Under the pieces are notes generated by a model, which did not search any database, had not been told where the DNA came from, and worked only from the letters and a program-made list of their open reading frames with translations. A stretch of DNA of 64,000 nucleotides, taken from NCBI GenBank assembly GCA_020137815.1, contig CM035355.1:1736001-1800000 (forward strand). The letters run 5' to 3'. The stretch comes from Hormiphora californensis (lineage: Eukaryota > Animalia > Ctenophora). Below, piece after piece: positions 8,887 to 21,000 of the stretch; the stretch's first letter is position 1, and every line of letters starts with the position of its first letter. The translations under genes and the position numbers were made by a program.

Positions 8887-11851
8887 ATGGCAAACGAGCT
8901 AGATCGGGTGAGTTGAATTTGCATGACAAACCCTTCAGGTCCTTCATTGAGTTGAGTCGCATCTTGAATTTATTCATTTTCTAACTTTTCTGTCGTCAAT
9001 CTCTTTATGCTTCCCTTTGTCAAGGAACAAGCGAACTATTTAGCTCCCGTGCCCCGGTCCTGCATCCTTTCTTGAAATTATTAATGAACATCCCCGTTTC
9101 TAAACAATAAGACAAATCCCTACTCTCGGCAATTCCTGAGAAAATATAGCGTTGGAAATGAGTCGAGTACTTCTACCAACCGCTTCCAAGATATTTTAAC
9201 TCAACCTCATCCAGTTTGCGGATGCTGAGGAGGATGACCAGTTTCAGCTGCCCAACATTATCCTAAACTCATCAAAACAAAACCAGGAGAACGAGGAGGA
9301 GGAGTGGAGTGATGGGTACAGTGATGGTGACGAGGAGGATTTTATTGAATTCAGATTGTCCAAGAAGGGACCTAACTCTTCTTCTAACAACAAGTAAATA
9401 ATAAATAATTCCTATGATTGCTGACTGAGTTCGGATGAATGTAACATGTTCCAATCACTTCCTCACTCCCAAACTACCTAGACCCCGTTATACCCATCAA
9501 ACCGATCAAACTATGTACATTATAATCCCCCTCTTTCCTCTCCCTTTTATTCAAATAGGTACTAAACTACCTAGCGTATAGCTCTTGAGTCTAGACCCCC
9601 TCTTTATTGCCAGACCAGACAGAAGTGGCACGTCCTTCCAGCCCCAGGAAAAGGTGCTCAGGAAGTTCGCCTCCAAGATCAGTGTAGAGAAATACGATGG
9701 TCCAGCTTCCCTACCCCGTCACATCGGTACTGCCCTCTCAGAACACAACAAAACACAGGCCACTAAACACGTCAGGAGCAGGTAATGGTCATGTGATCCT
9801 TAGATGTCACGTGATCCTTAGATGTCACATGATCATCCTTAGATGTCACGTGACACTCAATATTGTCCTTGTATAATGTGAGTTGTAACGGTTCTCTCGA
9901 TTTGGCAGCTAATAAAACTCCCCCTCTCTTAGGGATAAGGCAGACAGAGCAACAGTTGAGACGGTATTAGACCCCAGAACTCGTATGATCCTCTACAAGT
10001 TTCTTAGCAAGGGACTTATCACAGAAATTAATGGATGCATCAGTACAGGTACCGTAAGTTGGGGTAACTTTGTACCACTTTTTAGCATTCTCCTAAAATA
10101 ACTCCTTGCCAGAACCACACTCGAAAATTTTTGAACCAAATAATCCCGTTCCAGACCTAGTACACCAGATATAACTAGTGAAATTTTTGGTCCCCTTTCA
10201 TTTAATTACATTAATTAACGTGTATTTTAGTGTAAGTGGGGTTTTAGGGCATGGGGTAACTTTGGAATGAGGGTGGGGTAACTTTGGACACCCGTCCAAA
10301 GTTACCCCACGATAGTAATATTGGAACAAACATAAATCCGAACATTTTGCAATGATAAATAAATGAACCTAAAATGTTTAAATGTGGTTTAAATGGGTCA
10401 ATAAATTAAAAAAGAACAATATGGTTAGCCAAACTCCCCATGATTTAAAAAAAATTTGTTGATCTCGACTCAACTTTTTTGGGTGTGAGGAATAATGAAA
10501 CTAACCACCAAATAAAATTTCAGCTCAATCGGACTTGATTTAGAGGTTGCCACATCCGGCCTGAAACCCATCAAACTTCAATAATTTGGGGTCCCTCATC
10601 CACCCTGTAGTTTGGTAGATGGTATTGAACCTCTAGGCGAGTGTGTTAGTTCTTTTGCTGAATTGGATAGACAGGAAGTGGTATACTTATGGGTACTTGC
10701 TAAATAAAGGAGTTTTGGTATCTCCATGCTCCTGTATAGATTGTCTACAAGAACTAACACACTCGCCTAGAGAGCCAATACCATCTAACAAGCTACAGGA
10801 TGGATGAGGAACCCCAAATTATTGAAGTTTGATGGGTTTCAGGCCGGATTTCTGTGATTTAGCTCCATAAAATAGTCCAAATCCTAGTTGTTTTCACTAA
10901 CCTATCGAATATATAGATGGAAATGGGCGTGGAGTGGGCTGAATCTTGGTTATATCAGCCCTAAACAATTCAGAGAGGGTCTAAGGCAACTCTACAGACA
11001 TCAAAAGTTCAAAACCTATAGTGTGGGGTAACTTTGGCACCCCGTCCAAAGTTACCCCAAAATTCAAAAAACGGTGGGGTAACATTAGCCACCCCTATTA
11101 GTCTCAATTAAAGTAATTGATCGGGTTTGAAAAATGGTGCCCCGAATTATTTGATCGAAACCCTTCCACTCTATGGAGCAAACTTGATTCGGTCATTAGC
11201 CCGGTCAAATCTATGGTACCCATTTTGATTTGAACATTTTTAGCGATTTTGAGATCAATTATGTTTGCCCCTAATTAGGAGCCAATTAGCATAGAATTGA
11301 AAAAATAATTGTACCGTTAGTTAGACATTTGTGGGTCAATTACTTGTACACCCAAAAATTATGCCAAATATGTCGTTATCTGTTGGTAATTTTGGACTAA
11401 AGCCAAATTTTGAAAGTGTCCAAAGTTACCCTGCAAAACAAAGTTACCCCAGATTACGGTACCAGCTAATCTAGCCAGGCTAAATTTAGCTTAGGCAGCC
11501 CAAGTTAGGCAGTAGGCTGTATCTATAATTGCGATTTGGCTGGCACGAGAGTCGTGTAACATGTCAACAGACCTGGGCCTCATTATTATATCTGGTCCTC
11601 AGCCAAATTGTGTCTCAGGTAAGGAAGCTAACGTGTACCATGCCACCAGTGAGAAGGATACTTTTGACTGTGCAGTAAAAATCTTCAAAACATCCATTCT
11701 CACATTCAAAGATCGTGACAGGTAAACTAGAATTATATTTGCGTTGCATTATTGTGTGTACTTTCCGAGCCAAGTATTTTCTTTTCGCACTCATAATGGA
11801 ATATGTGTAGCATTATATGCTTCCGTGAGGTCCCCCGCACCTCTCTCTCAC

Positions 11852-11906
<55 letters not shown>

Positions 11907-11931
11907 TCTCTCGCCCTCCCTCCCTCCCTCC

Positions 11932-12006
<75 letters not shown>

Positions 12007-15000
12007 CCCACTCTTCACATCCGCCCAGGTATGTAACGGGAGAGTTCCGATGGCGGCACGGTTACAGCCGACACAACCCCCGCAAGATGGTGCGAATGTG
12101 GGCAGAGAAGGAGATGAGGAATCTGATTCGACTGGAAACTGCCGGTATTCCAGGTACATAGAATAGAGTTGGACACCCCCCCCCCTACATTAGACTCGGG
12201 GAAATGGTACAAACTAGATAGTTCTAGTTCCTTTAGCTCCGTGTTGTTTTATTAAATTGATAAACAGATCTAGTTGGTTGGCGAAAAATAAGCTTTCAAA
12301 ACTCAAAACAAAGCTAAAATAAAGCGTGACAAATGTTCCCTTTCAAATGTCTTGTGTAGGAATCTCTCTCATTTCTATTGCCTCTCCTGTTTTCTTGACA
12401 GCGGCTTTTCTAACCGGTCGGTTCCGTTTAAATGTTCTCATCTTCTTTCGAATGTCACTGTACAGAAGTGGGTTCAGCACCGAGTTGATAGGCAGGATGA
12501 TAATAGAGAAAACTGAATACCACGGCATCATGTCCACAACCTCGGCTGTGTGGAGGGCACAACAAATCAGGAAAGGCATCCAACAGCAGAAATCAGTTAT
12601 GATGATGGCTGATACATTCCGCTGGAGTCTCTCGTTTCTCTTGACAGCCTCGGGAAGTTGGACCGAGTTTTGGGTGGCCAGCACCGTCAGGATCACATGG
12701 CACACAATAACGGTACAGAATAGGATAAGGTTAAGGGTCAGAATGGACCACACGAACCCTAGCTGGGGATCGTCAGACTTGACAAAGAACTTGAACAGAC
12801 AAACAGGATCGTTTCCGTAGAAGGACAGTTTCCTACCCTGAACACCTTTATACTCATCTGAAAACATCTTCCCTACCAGGGACCTAATCGCTGACCATGA
12901 GAACTGCTTACCTTGGACATAATGGTGAGCACCATGGTACTTCTGGATAATCCTGCTGTGCTTAGTTTGATCTACCACACCAAGGAAGAGTCGGTTATCA
13001 GGGTCGTAGAGTAGACCATTCACAAAACTGTCCTCCAGTGGTCCTATTAGAGGGATAACTGCTACTACCATTGCAATAAATATCGTCACCCCACAACCCA
13101 CCCTTACATTCCTCTTGGTCTTTAGAGAGACGTCCTCTCCAACTTGGTAGTTGAGTGCTTGGCGAGTTCCCCGGAGCCGTAGGACGCTAAGCGTTGCCAT
13201 AGCAATGGAGGAAATCAGGGATCCGGTAGTACTGATTACGCCCAGCGTTCCACAATATGTAGTTGTGAGCCATTCCAGTTGCCGCACACAGAATCCCTTC
13301 CCTATGATAAGCTCAAAAATAGAAAGCGAAAGGAGGTATGACCCAGTCAAAAAGTCACCAAATGCTATCAAATTGACTAAAGCTTTTTGAATGTATACGC
13401 TCTCCTTTATACTCCCCGTTTGCTTTTTCAGCATTGACTTGACAAGGTTGTAAGAGTTCAATATAATAGCCAGTAGTCCCAGAGTGACTGCAAATCCCAG
13501 CATTACCCAATTACTAACCAGTTTCTTATCACACATCTGACACTCATCGGACAAGTCATGACAGTCCACAACACCGTCACAGACCTGGCTTAGAGCGATA
13601 AAGGAACTGTTATCAGAACAGGCAAAGTTGTTACCGCATTCCGCTTCATCGGACCTGTCCCCACAGTCATCAACCAAATCACAAACCTTCTCAAACGGTA
13701 CACAGTCCTCATTGGCACAGGCAAACAGAAAGTTATGGTAATCTGTTTTCCGTCGTATGGCAATAGTTGTCTCGGATGTCTTCATGTTTAGGGTGAAGAG
13801 TTTCTTGTCTAAATTCAGGCAAGAATTGTGAAGGACTGGCTTCTGCAATGGACACTCAGCGTCAGGACAGAGTCCCAGACAGCTATGGAGAACGTAAGAT
13901 TCCCCATAGAGGTTCTTGCAACTGCTCGACTTGTAGGGCACCATAAGTGAGGTCTCCTCAGTTGAACCAAGGATTTGATGGAATTCGTGCCGGAACATCT
14001 TCTCCTGACAGACCTCTCCAGTTAGAAATAGTAGATCTTCCAGACCTCTGATACATGCACCAATGGCTATCTGGCCAGCCAAACCATTCCTTTTGAAGGT
14101 CGTTTCAACAGACACCATAGCTCTAGACTCTTCACTAGGGTGTGCTAAGTGAAAATTTTGTCGACTTGGCCAAAAGGTTAAGGGTAGATATGAAACTATG
14201 GACAATTGTCTACTACATCCTGAAAACGGAATTGGGATAGTGTATGTCAATTACGTGGGCCAGGCGATTAAAAAAGTTTACTTTTTTACCGAAAAAAGGA
14301 AAATATGTGTGTTTTACACCAGTGTTTGGCATGTTCTTGATATCAACTTTTTATGGTCAGGGTCGTGTTCAGCGGTTTGATACCGATCAGAATGGATGTG
14401 TATCATGAAAGTTAGCCAAAGGTCATTTTTGACCTGAAAATGTTCATTTTGGACCAAAAATGTTCACTTTTGACTAAAAATGTTCATTTTGGCAATTTTC
14501 TTCAATTTTGAGAGCTTTTTCATGAACGGGATCGTGTTCAGCAGGTCAAAAGTAGTCGGTTACAACCGGAATTTGGTTTCCGACAAATAAAATCTCAAAA
14601 AGTTAAAATTCGTCTCAACTAATACTGCAAAGTAGGAAAATGTGCAAGAAAAAAAGATGAAAAAAATAAAATTTTCATTATAAAATGGAGTTCTGAAGGT
14701 GCAGACTGGAAATAATGGTTGTACTGGTTCTCATGAGGCGATTCATATGTGTGGTTTTTTCGAAATAACGCCCCAAAAAACATTTTTTGATATGAATATG
14801 CCCATATATGGGCATACATCGGCCCACGTAATTGGGCCAGGGTAGGACTAAAATTTTTTTACCAAATGTTTTAGAATGATCGTAGGAACTCATTCTAGGG
14901 GTAAACTTTGTGAAAATTGGATTTGATTTATGAGTTGGGAAAAATAGCACACCCTACTCTTCACAGAATGCGGCTTCATTTCCACACGTTTGGACACCAT

Positions 15001-18000
15001 CACAGAGACTTTGAGGCTGAAAAAACGCTTTCCGGGTCGAATCACAATACAGAACTTCCCTGCATTTCTTGTCTTCGTACCGGAATGTGACACCTTCCCC
15101 GCAACTAGGCCAGCTAGGATCTTCATCTTTGCCATCCAGACAATCTGCCACTCCATCATTCACCCATTCCTTTGGAATATGCAGCTTCTTTCTCGGACTA
15201 AATCCTCTTCTACACTTGGTCTCCGAGGGAGCGAGGCACAGTGGAAGAGATTCATCCACCCCGCCATAACAGTCGCTCTGGCCATCACACAACTGGTGCT
15301 TGTGAATGGTACAGACAGTGTTAAGGGTGACACACTCCTTGTCAAGGGCATCATCACATACAGTGGGAACCCCCGGCTTGCACAGGATAAACTTGGAGAG
15401 GGTCGATAGATATCCGTCTACCAAACACTTCCCTGCGACCCGGGTCCTTGTCAGTACAGTTGGTCTGGTCGTGCCCGTTTTGGCAGTACTGGTCGAGGTG
15501 AGTAATGTGATATGGAGTTAGAGTTTTTAACAAAGGGGAAACACCGAGAACCATTGAAGAGAGGGAATGCATCCCAACTCCCATCTTCGAAGGTGCAATA
15601 CGACTCTATGTCTGGTTGCCATGGTAGCGTGATGTTAAAGTTGTGGCTACGAGCCCCAACAAACGGGTATACATACCCTGCCCCGATTAGTATCCCATAC
15701 CTCAGTCCACCACAGAACACCTCATCGAACAGTTGAGGTGTTAGAATATTCATCTGATTGAGGCCCTCCCCGGTGTAAGTTTAGCAGGATAATCGTTATC
15801 ACAGACCCCATTACAGAATATATCTCCCTTCCCAGTTAGTGTCAGATCCTCAGTTACCCGGAATGTCACCAGGTCTGGGTGGTCCAGGTTGTAACAGGTT
15901 GACTGGGTAAACTGCACCAGTTTAGTCTCTGGGTTGTCCACCTCAAATTGGCACAAATACCCACAAAACGGTGGCTCAGTTCTCTTCTCCTTTTCCCTGA
16001 ACGGCACTGAAAACCCACAGGTCTGGTAAAAGTGGGGATCGGATGGGCAGATGTTGGAGAAATGTTGCTCTACTGTGCGGGCTGTGTGCCACACTCGGGT
16101 GTATGCGGTGTATGTTGTGGAGGATGTGGCGCATTGCCAGGTGGTGTCGTTACAGTGCCGCTTCAGGTAACCATCGTGTTCCACAACGGGGCAGGTCTTT
16201 AGGAGAGGGGGCAGGAGGAGGAGTAAGAGGGTGGCTAGCATCTTCAGCAGAGTGGGCAGGTCTTTAGTAGAGCGGGCAGGAGGAGGAAGAGTAGCATGCA
16301 GTACCTAGATGGTGTTAAAGTAGTGAATAAAGGACAGGATCATGCCATAACAAAGATACAGACATGAGGCAAAAACAAAATGGTGCCCTATCAATTCATA
16401 TATTGAAATGTTGTGAGTGGTTCCACCTCAGGCTTCTATCGGAACAAGATTTTTAATATCTTCTCTGGCTGCTACTCTCACTTTCTCTCTCTCACATTGT
16501 ACAAACAACTTTTAACGGGCGACACATAGATGGGAGATATAGTACGTACATGTTAATGTGCGACCACCTATATTATTGTAAATGGAGTGAAGTCGAACTC
16601 CGAATAAATAGTTCTATCTTATAAAGTAACGGGGAGTTGTCAATCAAGAAGAAGGGCATACTACCCGCATAGTGCATATTAATTGTAACGGAGAATTGGC
16701 GTTGAACTCCAAATTCCACAACAACTATCTTGTAACAGAGAATTGAATATTGTATATTACGACTGAGGGCATACTAGAATTGTAACGGAGAATTCATTGC
16801 TTTTGTAGGCTGGCCCGCGACAACGATCTATGCTTAAAGATCGCCGTACGGCAAGATAACGCCCCCTTCTACTTTGTCTCCTTTCTCTTTGTGTCCCGCC
16901 CCTTCTTTGAAAAGAGGCTATTAAAATATTATAATATGCTGATAAGCCGCGGTCGTTAAAGAGAAAAATGCATCAAGGTCCAGTTTGGGATTAGTCGTGT
17001 CCGAATAATTTAATATTCCGACATTTAAACAAACTTCCATTCTCAAGGGTTAGTCTAAACATGAAGTTAATTCCCGATGTATATAGCCTTCCAAACACCA
17101 TATGCTTTCCGAATTGTTCGAAATCCTTCTCGATTTCCCACGACGTGTGTTGTGACACAACTTGACACACTTTGAGCACTACACTCCCTCTTTGTGAGCG
17201 CGCGCGGTGGTTTAGTTTGTGGACCCCTCTGCGCGAGGCATTCCTTATCGCCATCCGGCCTGGTGTGAGGTGTGATCTGAAACGGTGGAAAGTGGTCCAG
17301 GTAGTGGCTATCTAGGGTTGGTGAGGCATGGGCCACTTTATCTTGCTGAGAGAAATTGCGGGCTGTTAAAACTTTGCTAAGGGTAAAGTCACATTTTATA
17401 ATTCTTAAAATCAACCCTCCATGGCCATCAAAATATCTGATTTGTATCCCTATCACTTTCTTCCTAACAAATCACAATCCCCTCACTTAACATTATGTTC
17501 TCACCAATTAGTCATTACCCCACTCTAACTTCGTCCCTCCCCTCTCAGTTCCCCATCCTAACTTCGTCCCTCGACCCTCCCCTCTCAGTTCCACATCCTG
17601 TAATCCTACGAAACCACGTTTTGGTGATGGAGTTTATTGGTTCAAATGGGTGGCCTGCCCCTCTACTGAAGGATGTTAAGCTGAATGAATCCAAGGCAAG
17701 GGAACTGTATCTATCTGCTATCAAAATAACAAGGAATATTTACCAGAAGGCATTGTTGGTACATGCAGATCTCAGTGAATATAATATACTCTTTAGTAAC
17801 GGTTAGTAAACAACTTGTTAATTCTCCAAATTAATTAGTTAATTAATCAATTAACAAATGGAGTTGATGCAGTAGTGGAAACTGGTATTCGGAAAATCGG
17901 AAAGATTTGTGTGGTTACTGTCAACCGCAATAACCGACCATCTCCAGGTGAACTACGTGTAATTGATGTTTCCCAAGCTGTAGAACATGATCATCCCTCT

Positions 18001-21000
18001 GCTTTAGAGTTCCTCAGAAAAGACTGTACTAACATAACAGGTTGGTCTCCTTTGTACTTACTTTTCTTTTTAAAGAGTCAAGCAAGATAATTGGTCCCAA
18101 GTCTCGATAGATGGACGAGAGTTCTTTCCCAATTAGGGGTATAAAAACACAATTGTACCTCTAAATCTCCCTCAGATTTCTTCAAAAAGAACGGTGTACC
18201 AGTAATGTCGGTGAGGTCGCTGTTCAACTTTGTCACAGACAAGTCAATAACAGATGATAACCTGGATGAGTATCTGGAGACAGCGGAACGGATTGCTCTT
18301 GAGGGTGAGTTTGGTATTGAATTTTTCATATTATTTGTTTTACAGAGTGTCAGGCGACTCAAGTTTTTATTGAAACACCCGATTAAAGGAAATATCTAGA
18401 CTGTAGAAAATGGGTGGGGGTTGTGGATAATAATAAAATATTTGGATTGGAGTAATAACTTGACCATCATGTGGAGAGGGATGGGGGTTTGTAGAGCAAA
18501 GGGCACCCTACACCACATGGGGACATCAGATGGCACAATAAGATTTCTACACACCGGACACCCAGTCTCTTCGTCTTTTTCCCATCTCTGTGTGTTTCTT
18601 TTGTTTGAGTTTGAGCTGGTATATATATCTTCTAGAGTTTCAGAGAAGAACACGTTGCTATAGCAACTGGAATCAGGAATAGTTGTAGTGCCAAAAGGAT
18701 CGCAGGGGGCCATTGACAAATATGTCGTGTGTTTTGTAATTTTGTAAGAGGTTGCGAAAGGATTTGTATCCTTGCATTGCCTGACCCTGTCTCACCGGGT
18801 TTGAACAAAACAAACTTTACCGGCATAATAATAATGAAACTGGCTGGTGATGTGTCACGTGACTAGAATAAGAAACGAGCGGCTCGTGATTTAAGATAAA
18901 CAACTATAGTTTGTTTAGACGGAAGAGCGGGAGAGAGAGAGAGATATAAAGATAGAGAGAGATAGGGAGAGAGAAAGGAAAGAGAGAGCTTTTGTGTGTG
19001 TCAGCTCAGTACACGCAATGCATCATATAATTGTCCGGTATTGTAGGTACTGTTCTGTATAGTGTGTGGCTTCAGCTTGGTAATAGCACATTGTATATCA
19101 CTGTGCCTTTGAAACTAAATCTGTGAGCATTTTAATCTCTCTCGCTTTATGTGTACTTTGAGTAGCTCACTATTTTTGACAAGTTTATGTCACACTATCA
19201 TCAAATGATATTTTGATCATTTAAATTCTTCAAGCCGTCCTTTCAAATCTCTAATTTGCTGCCTTATATTTGGCTTAATTAGGGAAATTATCCGAACACA
19301 AAGAATGCCTTTAGTCGCGTGTTTAATGCACATTGCACGTGTAACGTTTACCAGAATGATCTTGCTAAATTGGTCCATTCCTGAAGTAGAGAATAATACT
19401 TGACTGCCTGTACAACTCAGCTAATGAATGCTTGAATATTTGACTGCATTTTCTTCAGTAAGAATGTGTGTAACTGGGGTGTAACTGCATTTCCTCATCT
19501 TGTGGAAAGAAAAAAGCTCTGTCGTTATTACTTGCCATACGATTTGTAATATCTGAACTTTCCTTCTTTCTCCCCGCTCTAGACACGTCTTCAATAATAT
19601 CCCACCCTAGCTGAAGCTGGTAAAACATCTCTATCACTGTATCTTCTCATTTCTCTTCTCTTTGCAACTCTGACCTCTCTCTTCCTAATAATATCAAGCT
19701 GGTATGGACGGTGTTGCTGCAATATCCATCAAACTCCTGCGATCATGGAACAGACGAGGGTCTACAGAACCTTCTCTCCCAGAGATTCTCATCGTGTGAG
19801 TGGGTAGAGAACTCTCGACATCCTCACCATGGATACCTTCTCGTCACCAAGATCAAGCGGAGAGGGGAGCACGATGGGGGAACTATCAGATCCCGCGCAG
19901 AGGATATCCAAACGTTTTATGACGAGATTGTCAGCATGAAAACTGATCAGATTGTGAATCTGAAGGAGGACCAGAGTATAATCTCCCAATTAATTGAACA
20001 GAAAATTGTAATTGAGATCTTCCCAATGCACGATCCAGATGATAGGAGTTACTTTATGAGTCACTGGGTTGGCTCCATATTTGGAACTCAGCCAATTTAC
20101 AAGATTCAGGAATATTTTGGTGTGGAGATAGCTAGCTACTTCAGATGGATGGGCTTCTATACAACCTCCCTCCTCATACCGACTGTGTTCGGACTTGTCC
20201 TTGGTAGCAACAGAGGAACAGTGACTGGGTCAGAGGTGTTCCTGGTTTTAGTTTTATATTTCTGGGTGTCTGGGTTCCTTCAGACGTGGTCAACTGTGTC
20301 AGAATCATTGCTAAAGGAGGAAAACGAGAATCCGAGGCCACAAATAAAAGTAAAAATTGCCGAATTTCATCGAAATAGAATCCCAAGAATTATCAAACAA
20401 GTAATCTCGTTGTTAGGGACTCTCTTGTTTCTGGGATTGGTTGTGGGAACATCATCCACCATTCTGATGTTTGATTACAACTTTAGAATAGCTCTAAAAA
20501 CCTGGGAGGAGCTCGAATTTCTCCCACAATTCATACTGGATTCCCTGATTTATCTTCCTGAGGTTGTCCTGTCCATTTGTTTGATCACCCTCAACAATAT
20601 CTACACTTCCCTGGCCCGGAAAATGACAAAATGGGAGAACTATGAGTTTCAGGAGTCTCAAAATACCGCTCTTAATGGTCAAGTTGATCCTATTCAAACT
20701 TTTCAACGCATTCCATTCTCTCTTCTACATGGCATTCTTCCTACAAGACATGCACAGTTTGAGAATTCGGCTCATTAACTTCCTGATTATACAGCAAATC
20801 AAACTGAACGTCGGGGAGATGTTTGGAGTAAGTCTGAAAGTCAAGATCTCACAAGTCCTGGTTGCTCTGTTGGCGAGCCAGGTGCTGATCAAGGGAGTTG
20901 TTATAACTTTGGAGAAAGTACTGGCAAGTTGTGGAATAGCGGTCGTGGTTTATACAATCACGAAGTTGATGCAAAGGAGGATAAGTTTCCTGCGACTGAT

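Noticed and set aside
11733-12166. SLSLSL / RERERE ORFs (also at 27.8, 33.6, 44.5, 47.3 and 54.3 kb)
   Set aside because: Translations of (CT)n/(GA)n microsatellites.
14136-14250. N-terminus of ORF 12343..14250 as a GPCR start, or an acceptor at 14220
   Set aside because: This stretch lies inside the hAT MITE, and the 14220 acceptor is out of phase with the only nearby donor.
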